From contig NC_088799.1 of the NCBI RefSeq assembly GCF_011386835.1, positions 58,280,001-58,344,000 on the forward strand: a DNA stretch of 64,000 nt. The letters run 5' to 3'. The position numbers and the translations under genes are program-made. Positions 34,126 through 44,970 of the stretch are shown here, piece by piece (position 1 is the first letter of the stretch; the number at the start of each line of letters is the position of its first letter). Under the pieces are notes generated by a model. That model had not been told where the DNA came from and ran no database searches. It worked only from the letters and a program-made list of their open reading frames with translations. Source of the stretch: Chrysemys picta bellii (taxonomy: Eukaryota).

Positions 34126-35307
34126 TCCCTCAACCATTTGTTATGACACTCCCACTAGGCATGCAGCATCAACACACAGGACACACGCATGTTTCCCCTC
34201 AGCTCTGAACAAATTCATGGAGCAAACTGTTAGGCCTGAAAACTACCTGGTTTCAACGGCGCCATCGTGTGCTCACAAAAAGAGTTACTAGCAATATACC
34301 CAAAAGTCAATTCAGGAAACTAACAAGATACCCAAATGTCATGAGATGCTCATACTTTGTAGCATATGTGGCTGTATATAGCTTGTAAGGCATTTTGGGA
34401 TCCTTTGGGGTGAAAGCGCTATATAACCATCATTACACCCCTTTACAATCGGCGTTACTTATTCCATTAAGCTTTGTGCAAACAATACATTATTTTACAA
34501 AGTGCCTTTAAACAAGAGTCCAGAGCCAATGATGCTCATGCTCCCAAAAGGCAGGACTGGTAACCAACAAGAGGTGAAAATAGCTTAGAAAGAACCAAAG
34601 TCATTCCAGAAACAATCCTGCCAATGGCTCTGCAGGTCTGATTATCTCATACTTGGCACTTGCAGTGCTGCCATGCTGAATCATCAGATCTCTTTGAAAG
34701 GCTGGGAGAACTGCCCATTCATTTACAAGCTTCTTGTCAATAGCCATTACTACTTTGTGCATTTCAGATTTTAGCTGCTAATTGAAGGGTAACTGATACC
34801 AGCGAGGGCAACAGAATGTTAGTCACTGAGGTGGCTTTTTCTATTGGGATTCTTCAAGTTTATCAGCGCTCTGAAGTCTGGCACAAGCTGACCTTAACAT
34901 AATGAAGGTCAAGAAAACTACACTCCTGAGAGCTACATGAGGTAACCAAAACAGTGTATTCTTCTGAGTGCCTGTTCATGTCCATTCCAATCAGGTGTGC
35001 ACGCATGCACATGCATGGTAGTCAGAAGATTTTCCCATAGCAGCATCTGTTGGGTCGGTCTGGGTGCCCCCTGGAGTTGCGCCTTTAGGACATTCAAATA
35101 TAGAGCCCTGCCCACCCACCACCCCCTCAGTTCCTTCTTATCGCCAGTAACGATTAGCTGGAACTTTCCTATGCTCTTGTCTTGGCAAGTGCATTTAGCA
35201 GTCTATATACATAGTTTTCATTAGCTCTGTAGTGTTAATTAAATAGTCAGCAGCCCTTAGTGTTACATTGTTTTCTTTCCCCTCCTACACTCTCTCGATG
35301 CCAGGGC

Positions 35308-37500
35308 ATGCCCGGGTCTCCAGGCTTCAAAGCCTGCGAAGTCTGCGGCACATGTATGCCCAGAAGCGATCCTCACACTTCGTGTTTGAAGCGTTTAGGA
35401 GAGAACCATCAGAAGGATCGTTGCACCATCTGCAAGACCTTTCGGCCCAGGGCATTAAAGGATAGAGATCAGCACCTGAAGGTCCTGTTAATGGAGGCTG
35501 CACTCCGCCCCCAGTGTGACCCCAAGTCGACTGACCCTGTGCCGAGTTCCTCGGTGCGGAGAGCTCTGGCACCGTCAGCACAAGCACCAGTGCTGAGTAA
35601 GGACAAGTACTCACGGTACCATCCCGGCTCCATTCATGGTTCACATGCCACACGCACACACTGTTCTCAATCGCCAGTACCACAGAAGAAGAGGCCAAAG
35701 AGCGGTCGTTCTCCCCGTTAGGCCTAAGGAGCCAGCCATTGTGAGACCCGAGCTGGGCCACACTACTTCTGCTCCACCACCGGTGACAGTTGCATCGACT
35801 CCTGCCCACATGGAAGGGCAGTTGAGTCTGGACCCTCCTCGTTCACCGAGGCCAAGACAGGGAGCTGCACCTCCCTTCAACTCCAGAGGCATTCGAGGCA
35901 GCCCAAGAATTGCTTCATCTCACGGCACCGTTCTCCCCTCCTAGACTGGACACGTCACCGGCACTGGTCGCTCCCCGAGCACCTTCAAGGGGAAAGCCCG
36001 CCATGATGTCCCATCGATCTCCAACCCTGGCGTGCCCCACTCCCGGGCACCAGAACAGACCCAGCAGCTGTGCCAGTCCCCGAGTCCTCGGCATGAACGG
36101 TTGGCTCCTAGAAATACCGCTCCTCCGTGGTCCTCTTTTTCAGACACCTCAGAGTTGGACTGCTATCGGTCCCATAGGAGTGTCAACACAGGACCGGCAC
36201 CCTTACCTGGCACCGTGGCCCGTGCAATGGCAGCCCCCGGAGCAATGGCCCTTTTGGACTCCCTGGGCTTTTCATCAAAGCCAAGTTCAGAGCCAAGGGT
36301 CACATCCCAGGGCAACATCGGTGGCCTCAGCCATGTTTGTACCCCCACCAGCACCATTGGCATTGGCAGGATCAGGGATAGCTGCATTGCCACCCGGTAC
36401 TACCATCCCATCGCCTCCAGCACCAGTGCAGCCTGCACCAGCCCCAGTTGTTTTGGCTCCGACATCTCCAACACTGACAAGGGCTCCGGCACCGATGACA
36501 GCCTCGGCACCAATTACACTTTCAGCACCGGCGTCGGTGTATGCAGTCTTGACACCGAGGGACAAGACCCCATCCGAGTCGGCACTGGCCCAAGAAATCC
36601 AGGTGCCGCAGGACCCTTTGGGTGAAGAAGGAAGGGAGCAGCCATCCCTTACGGGGGGTCTCTTCCTCATCCTCACCGGACAAGGCGCTGGGCGGGCCTG
36701 GCTACAGCCCCAGCCCTGGAGAACAGCTGGGTTCTACAGCAATTGCTGTGGCAGGTTGCCCAGGGTATTCAGGTGGGGGAGGTAGTGGAGGACGCAGATC
36801 CAATGGTAGACATCCTTGCTCCCTCCAGACCTGCACGTATCGCCTTGCCTCTTATAAAGATCATCTCTGACACCACAAAAACTTTGTGGCAGACCCCAGC
36901 CTCATTGCCCCCTACAGCTAAGCACAACGAAAGGCGCTACTTTGTGCCATCCAGGTGCTACGAGCATTTGTATGTTCATCCCCCACCTGACTCTCTCTCT
37001 ATTGATGCTGCCAACCAACGTGAACACCAGGGCTTCCACGGATCCTCCCCAAAGAATCGGGAGGCAAAACGACTCAACTTTTACGAGAGAAAGGTCTATT
37101 CCACTGGCAGATTGCAGCTCCAAATCTCTAATCAGCAGGCCATTGTCAGCAGGTACTGCTACAACACATGTGGGGCAATGGCAAAATTTGCAGAGCTGAT
37201 ACCGCAGGACTCCCGCACCGAGTTTTCAGTCCTGGTGGGGAGGGGGGGGGGGAAGCTCATTTCGCGAGCTTCGCTACAAGCTGCACTGGACGGAACGGAT
37301 ACAGCTACGGGCATAGCCATGACAAGGGGCTCCTGGCTCCACGTCTCGGGCCTGCCATATGAGATCCAATAGACTATTCAGGACCTCCCATTCGAGGATT
37401 CGGCTCTCTTTTCTGAGAAAACAGACAAAAGGCTGCATAGCCAAAAGCACTCGAGAACCACTCTCAAATCATTGGGCCTCCATACTCCCGCTATGTAGCA
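35308..37500 (+). pseudogene. DIRS ORF1 (gag-like): Cys/His zinc finger, Pro-rich linker and LAP2alpha-related C-terminal region
   Basis: MPGSPGFKACEVCG...DPHTSC...HQKDRCTIC; downstream PSRPARIALP...LWQTPAS...HPPPDSL; several stops and frameshifts. Confidence 0.75.
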
Positions 37501-37656
37501 GAAGCATTTTAGACCACAACCTTCCCTGCGCTTCTACCAGCAGAACCATCAGGATGGTTCCCAGAGGAGGAACAGGAGTGGAGGGAAAAGGCCACACTTG
37601 TCATCAGGCCAGAGCTCTGGCCAATCCAAGCCACCTTTTGGCCCTAAACAGGCCTT

Positions 37657-39400
37657 TTGAAGTGCAGTCGAGGATGGCGCACCAGAACAAAAACTGAATC
37701 TACCCCGCCTTACCTTTTTGTCCTGACTGTCCCCTTTCTACTGTGCTTGGTCCCTTATCACTTCACGGCTGAGTGTTCCGCACAGTATAGAGGGGATATT
37801 CCATCCCATTCTGTACCCTCCCACCATCCTTCAATGTCCCTCTTCGGGGACCTCTCTCACGAGCAACTCCATATACAGGAGGTGCACTCGCGCCTTTTGC
37901 TGGGGGCAGTGGAAGAGGTTCCTCAGGAACAAAAGGGCAATGGTTTCTATTCTCGGTATTTCCTAGTACTGATAACCAAAGGCAGGCTCAGGCCCAGGCC
38001 CATCCTAGACCTGCGAGAACTCAAAAAGTTTGCGAAGAAGCTCGAGTTCCACATGGTCTCTTTGGCCTCCATCATCCATTCATTAGATCCAGGAGACTGG
38101 TATGCCACCCTCAACTTGAAGAATGCATACTTTCACATAATAATAACTCAGTCTGACAGAAAATACCTCAGGTTTGTGGTGAACAACACCCACTACCAGT
38201 TCACAGTCCTCCCATTCAGCCTGTCAGCCACACCAAGTATTCAGCAAGTGCATGGCAGTCGTGGCCACGTTCCTCCACAGGCGACAGGTACAGGTCAAGG
38301 GTCAATCCAGGATTCAAGTAGAAAGGCAGTTTGCCTTCATAAGAGCTTCTTTCGATGAACTGGGCCTGCTACTGAACAAGGGGAAATCAATGCTGTCCCC
38401 AGTTCAGCTGATAGAATTTGTAGGGATGGTACTGGACTCGACACACACCAGGGCATTCCTTCCAGATGCGAGATTTCAAGACCGTTTTTCAAGGTCCCAG
38501 ACAGACAGTGTCCCACCACCACAGCATGGAACTGCCTAAAACTTCTAGGACACATGGCAGCTTGTACCTACATAGTACAGCATGCCAGACTTCGACCTCT
38601 TCAATCATGGCTGGCATCAGTGTATCGGCCAGCCCACAACAGTTTGGACAGGATTGTAACCCTGACTTGCCCAGTACTTGACTCCCTCCTGTGGTGGCTC
38701 GACCCACAGGTAGTATTTGCAGGGGTCCCTTTCACCAGCCCTCAGCCATCCCTCTCACTAGTGACGGACATGTCAGATTTGGGCTGGGGGGCACATTTGG
38801 GAGACCTAAGAACCCAAGGCCTCTGGTCTCAGGTGGATCTTGCTCTCTACATCAATGTCAGAGAGCTGTATGTCTGGCATGCCAGACTTTCTGAGCACAC
38901 CTTGCAGGGAGATGTGTATCAGTCATGACAGACAACACCATGGCGATGTTTTATATCAACAAAAGGGGGTGCATGCTCTTCTCCCATGTGCCAGGAAGCC
39001 CTCATGCTGTGGGACTTCTGTGCAGAACACTCGATACACCTGCAAGCATCATACCTCCCTGCAGTACAAAATGAGTTGGCGGACCATCTCAGCAGATCGT
39101 TCCACGACCATGAGTGGTCCCTTCGCCCGGACATTTTCCATCAGTGCTGTTTTCCCCAGATGGGCCTGTTCGCCAGGCAACACAACAGGAAGTGTCAGCA
39201 GTTTTGCTCCTTCTTGAATCACAGCCCAGGATCCATCACGGACGTGTTCCTCCTCCCATGGGGAGGCCATCTCCTATATGCGTCCCCACCCATCCCTCTC
39301 GTTCACAAGGTGCTCCTCAAGATATGGAGGGAAGAAGCTTCGGTGATTCTGATAGCTCCAGCCTGGCCCCGCCAACGCTAGTACACATCACTCCTGAAAA
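37657..39400 (+). pseudogene. DIRS RT, RNase H and Dam-like methyltransferase remnants
   Basis: RPILDLR/NLKNAYFHI/YQFTVLPFSLS; TDMSDLGWG; QNELADHLSR; LFA...YASPP...LIAPAWP. The YLDD segment is absent. Confidence 0.88.
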
Positions 39401-39597
39401 TGTCCATGGAAGCGCCAGTCACCTTGCCGCTCTTCCCAGACTTACTAACTTAGGATCATGGTGGTCTCCAACATCCGAACCTAGAGTTGCTGGACTTCAT
39501 GGTGTGGAAGCTCCATGGAGCTCTCCTGCTCAGACTCGGTTAGATAAGTCCTCCTGGGCAGTAGAAAGCCCTCCACCAGAACTACCTACCTTGCTAA

Positions 39598-40700
39598 GTG
39601 GAAGAGATTTTCAATCTGGTTGGCGCAGCATCATTCACCCCGATGCTCGCCTCTGTGCAATTTATATTAGACTATCTCCTCCATCTCAAGCAGCAGGGGC
39701 TGTCCATGTTGTCAATAAGGGTTCACTTGGCCACCATCACTGCCTTTCATCCAGGTGCAGAGGGCCACTCCGTCTTTGCCAAATCTATGGTCAGCCGTTT
39801 CCTTAAAGGGGTCGACAGGCTATACCCGCATTTCTGGCAGCATGTCCCGGCTTGGGACCTCAATCTGGTCCTTTCCAGACTCATGGGACCACCCTTTGAA
39901 CTTTTGGTGACATGCTCCCTGCTCCAACTCTCATACAAGGTAGCATTTCTGGTAGCAATAACCTCAGCCAGGAGGGTGTCTGAGCTCAAGGTCCTGACTT
40001 CAGAGCCCCCTTACACTGTGTTCCATAAGGACAAGGTCCAGCTCAGACCTCACCCGGCTTTCCTCCTGAAGGTTGTTTCCCAGTTTCACATCAACCAGGA
40101 CATCTTCCACCCGGTATTCTATCCTAAGCCGCACTCGAGCAGCAGGCAGGGCCGGCTCCAGGCACCAGCAAAGGAAGCAGGTACCTGGGGTGGCCAATAG
40201 AAAGGGGCAGCACTCTGTCCATTATCAGGACGGCACGTCCGGCACTTCAGCGCTCCGTTTTAGTCTTCGGCGGCACTTCTGTGGCAGCTCAATCGGCTTT
40301 GGGTTTTGTTTTTTTTTTCCCACCGCTTGTGGTGACAAATAAGCTGGAGCCGGTCCTGGCAGCAGGGAGAAAAGACTTCACTCATTGGATGTCCACAGAG
40401 TGCTAGCCTTCTACATCGAGAGAACGTTACCATTCTGAAACTCGGTGCAGTTATTCGTAGCAGTGGCAGACAGAACGAAAGGTCTTCCTGTCTCTTCTCA
40501 ATGGATTTCGTCATGGATCACGTCCTGCATCCAGGAGTGCTACAACCAGGCAGGAGTACTTGCTCCTTCGATCATTCTACCAGGGCTCAGGCCTCTTCAA
40601 CAGGATTCCTGGCGCAGGTTCCCACTCAGGAAATCTCCAGAGCGGCGACGTGGTCCTCCATTTACACTTTCACCAGGCACTATGCAATCACCCAACAGGC
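39598..40700 (+). pseudogene. DIRS tyrosine recombinase remnant
   Basis: WDLNLVL, ITSARRVSEL, HPAFLLKVVS, HSTRAQASS, ATWSSIYTFTRHY (catalytic R...HxxR...W...Y pattern). Confidence 0.9.
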
Positions 40701-41489
40701 CAGAGATGATGTGGCCTTTGGAAGAGTGGTGCTCCAATCAGTGGACGACTCCAACCTCACCTCCTGAATCTGGGCTTGAGAGTCATCTGATTGGGAATGG
40801 ACACGAACATGCACTTGAAGAAGAAAAAAAATGGTTACTCAACTTCTCGTAACTATTGTTCTTCAAGATGTGTTGTTCATATCCATTCCAATACCCACCC
40901 TTCTACCCCCGTCGGAGTAGCCGGCAAGAAGATACTGAGGGGGTGGCGCGTCGGCAGGGCTCTATATTAAGCGCCATGAAGGTGTGACTCCAGGGGGTGC
41001 CCAGACCGACCCAACAGATGCTGCTAAGGGAAAAATGTTCTGGCTACCATGCACATGTGCATGTACACACACCTGATTGGAATGGACGTGAACAACACAC
41101 CTCAAAGAACAACAGTTATGAGAAGGTGACTAACCGTTTTTTCTTGGTTCTATCTTAAGAATTAAGAACTAATCAGTGTAAGGTCTACCTGCTATAGACC
41201 AGAAGCAATATCCCAGTGAAATACAGTGATCTCATCCAGAAAACTTGTGGATGTACAAGGCAAACATTGCATGCAAGTAATCAAATCTGGGTACAAAAAC
41301 AGGAGGAGAGTTCAGGGAGAGAAAAAAATTATTACTTGCCTCAGTGCAATGTACATAGGGAAAATACACTCCCTTGCTATCCTATACACCTCGGACATAC
41401 CAAATAATCAATTGGAACACTGGCACTTCAAGGAAATCAGCACTGAAGTCATTCAACACAAGGCTTTCTGGAACGATCCGTAAAGGATA

Positions 41490-41937
41490 AGGTGACATTT
41501 CTATTGCACCATTCATTCTGGAAGATCCCAAAGTGCTTTACAGACTTGAATTGATTCTCAACTATACATAGGAGTCACTTTATCCAACACCGATATGTGG
41601 AAACCATCACTGTACACCTTAAGTGAGCGGAATGTAATTACCCAAGTTGGAATTTGGCCAGGATACTGCCCTACTCCATGGACTCCATAATGATCACGAA
41701 TGCTCAAGATCTTGATTTTATATGTCATTTGAAAGACAGAACTTCCAATAGCACAGTTCCCCCCAACACCACGTTGGGGCATCAGTTCAGTTCCGCACTG
41801 GCTGACACCTATTGGATCACCAATTCTACTTCCTAGAGCACCTAGGTTTTCCTTAGTGGTCTATCATCCAAGTACTGACCCAGTTTGATCTTGTTTAGCT
41901 AAATCTAACAGGATCACAGCACAGGGTGGTGTGACTA
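41490..41937 (-). repeat. AmnSINE1 copy with a 5S rRNA-derived head
   Basis: 41850-41937 is the reverse complement of a decayed 5S rRNA 5' region (CATCCAAGTACTGACC...CAGGGTGGTGTGAC). It is followed by Deu-domain-like sequence and a GTAAAGCACTTTGGGATC tail. Confidence 0.7.
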
Positions 41938-42479
41938 ACATCTCCCGCAAAGTCTACAAATACTATTAGATTATGGTTGGATTAGAAAAATACAGATGTA
42001 TATTTATTTGGTATGAATGTGGTGCTAGTGAAAGGTACAGCATGGGCAGCAGCTGTGCAAGTTTCCATTTTAGTCTGGGAGTGTAATGTAGTAAAATCTC
42101 ATTCTGTGGGCAAGTTAGTGACAGCGAAGTGCCAGTTGATTCATAAAAATCTACAGAATCATAATTTCAATGGTATCATCCTCTGCGACAGGCAGGAACT
42201 TGCATCTTTCTCCCCCCAGCTCCAGGTCCTCCGGTCGGTGGAAATTTTGATAACAGGGTAATGTTGGAAATGGGTTGAGATGGGTATCACTCGAAAGCCC
42301 TTTCTCTGACAAACATAATGGTATTCAACATGACAAACCAAGAACAATTATATTTGAGAAAATGCTTAAAAATCAACTTTAATTATACTTCAACTCAGGA
42401 ATGCAATGCATACATAAAAAAGACATTGATCTTTGGTAATCCTAGAGAAGTTAGCCTTGACTTGCAGGATTGAAAACAT

Positions 42480-44970
42480 TTATTCAGCAAAATCACCATC
42501 CAGGTCATCTCGGTCTAGGGCACCATTGCTAGACATGCTGTCACACTGATCCTTGTCCATGCCACTCTCGCACCTCTCCATACAAGACAGGCTGATGGCC
42601 AAACATTTACAGGGTGAGCATCTGATTAGCTGAAGGATTAATTCAGGAGTATATGGTATTTCACACATAACAAGACCCATCCATGTCCGATAGGGAGAAT
42701 TATTTTGGATGTGTTCAATCATCCTGGAGCCATTCCATTGCTTGATAATTTGCCCTTGTGTTAGCAGGTATAAATGCACCCCTTGTCAGTGGCAATTTTT
42801 CTCCATTTGTCTGCTTCTTGGAAAACATCCATCTATGTAGCTCTGCGAGTGTTGTCATGTTGGTCTTAAAATGATAAACTCAGCATATGAACGTCTCTAG
42901 TGCATTTATGACCTCATTAGTGACTGTCTCAGCCGTTCTGAGTACCTTAAGAGTGAGGAAAGTCTTTGGAGGTTGAATCAAATGCCTTCCAGTAAGATAA
43001 TTTGGTCTTTCCAGTCAACCTTCCATTGTGACATTGGAGAAGTTGTGGAGTCAATTATTTTGTATTGGACAATTGTAATACCATGGAGTCTCTTCTGCCT
43101 GGTAATATTTTTCATTGCTTTCTCTGCATACGTGTCAAATGCAAGATGGACTTCGTAATACATCCAGTATTTTCTCTGTAGCCTCATAATGAAGTGTTCA
43201 GCCAAATCGTGGCAGGTATTAACAGTTTCTGGTTTGTTGAGAGCATATACCTCAACCATAGCATCTATGATTGCTATGCTGAAAGGTCTCTGCTGGTATA
43301 AGGTCCTGGCCAAATTGTTAATAGGTGGTGGCTTAGGAACACAATGGAAGATGTGCATTAGTTTGCTTTTTGCCTGGTACATATGCATTGTTCTATCACA
43401 TTAAAACATCAATTGTGGTACCACTGAGAACTATTACATTTCCGAAGTCTCACATGCCAATATCATTTTGAGATCTGGACACAACCAGGAGAAGTGCAAA
43501 CAGTGTCCTATGTGGTTAACTCAGTCATCATCCCTGCCACCTTCACTCTGACTTTATCTCATATATAAAAGAGCACACCTTTAGTCTGTTCTTCTTGACT
43601 GGAGCCCATAGATTGAAAGAGCCTGGGATAATTCTTTGGGTTTTAAAGGTTTCATACAAATCATGACCAAAAGTATGCATTTGACTGACATCTTCAGCTA
43701 TCTCATCACTGAAGACTGCTTTTATCATAATATTAATGAGCTCCGGCCCAAACAGGTTGCCATCCTGGGGGATGGGGGCGGGAGGGACAGCTCAGTGGTT
43801 TGAACGTTGGCCTGCTAAACCCAGGGTTGTGAGTTCAATCCTTGAGGGGGCCACTTAGGGATCTGCGGCAAAATCAGTACTTGGTCCTGCTAGTGAAGGC
43901 AGGGGGCTGGACTCGATGACCTTTCAAGGTCCCTTCCAATTCTAAGAGATAGGATATCTCCATTTTTTATTATTATTATTATTTTTTAAATTGCCCCGTC
44001 TTGGCATTTAACTGCACCTAATTAATTTAGATGGTGCTTGTTTTTTTCTGGGGAAGTCATCCCAGCTATGCCAAATGTTTCATTCAAAACTTGATGGATG
44101 GAGTTCTGGATTTGTCAGGAAAAACTGTGAAAGAGCCTTTGGATACTGTGTTATGCCCACTCTACCCCCCTTCACTTTCCTTGCTCTGTTTTTATGTTCT
44201 AGGGCTTCATCTGAACCAAGTGCACAGAAGGGAGCTGACGGCCTTTTAACAACCCAATTTCCTTTTCAAAATTCCTCCATTTTTCTACACCTCTTATTTC
44301 AGGGAGGTACCAGGCAATCATCACAGTATAGCTGGTTAAATCTAAAGCAAAGAAGTATTTAACAAGGTCTTCCAGTGCTGTGAGGTACAAACGTCAATTA
44401 GCAGTCCTGACAGATCAAATAAAGAACAGCAAAGACTTGCCCACAGATGGCACTCATCCTGGCATCTTCAACATTTTCCTGGGTGCTTGATGTACTTTCT
44501 CTCCAGCCTTATGGGCACACTTCTTATAACCATGTGAGGTGCCACTGAAGCATTGTGTTTAGCCCAGTTCTCCACGGTGGTATTCTCCAAAGATGCAGTT
44601 ACTACATGGTACTCTATCTCCACACTAATGCCTAAAAATAATCAAGACCAAAGTAAAAACAAGGATTTCGTAATAAATTACTTTGGGATTGTAATTAAAT
44701 TATATAATGTATGTTATGTAACAATGTGCATACCATTTGCAGATGGATTCCAGTAATTTCTGACTCGATGCTGACATCTTAACCAGTGCCTCATTACAAC
44801 TCTTTTGGCATAAAAAACAAAGCCGATAATCAATACAACTGAACTGCTTCTTTTTTGCCGATGATGGCAAATCAACTCGAAGTACTCCTTCAATTTATAG
44901 TAATCTGTAACATCAAAAAAATTAATCAGGTATCCAGTTCTGGCATTAACTGATGACACAGCACTGTCAG
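42480..44970 (-). pseudogene. Decayed Academ-like transposase / XPG-like nuclease / CXC protein
   Basis: Fragments: FI*SVRTAN*RLYLTALEDLVKYFFALD; GNWVVKRPSAPFCALGSDEALEHKNR..KVKGGRVGIT; IIDAMVEV...VHLAFDTY..KAMKNITRQKR; LETFIC*VY...KKQTNGEKLPLTRGAF...RANYQ; LIRCSPCKC...CMERC. Confidence 0.75.
43780..43985 (+). mobile_element. Tortoise-type tRNA-derived Pol III/SINE inserted in the Academ element
   Basis: Box A/B head (AGCTCAGTGG...GAGTTCAATCC), CR1-derived tail (GGACTCGATGACCTTTCAAGGTCCCTTCC) and a (TAT)n end. Confidence 0.85.

Larger units (their letters stand above)
34959..41142 (+). mobile_element. DIRS1-type tyrosine-recombinase retrotransposon: structurally complete, coding-decayed, antisense in CMC4/MTCP1 intron 1
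   Basis: Left ITR ~34959-35140, right ITR ~40926-41142 and ICR 40787-40892. Remnants of gag, RT, RNase H, methyltransferase and YR. Confidence 0.93.

Noticed and set aside
35910-36785. 291-aa Pro-rich ORF as a host gene
   Set aside because: Lies within DIRS ORF1 between the ITRs and is a frameshifted linker.
41850-41937. 5S rRNA gene
   Set aside because: Partial, highly diverged and fused to AmnSINE1 body sequence.
43780-43860. tRNA gene
   Set aside because: Has A/B boxes but no complete cloverleaf, and continues into a CR1-derived tail, so it is a SINE head.
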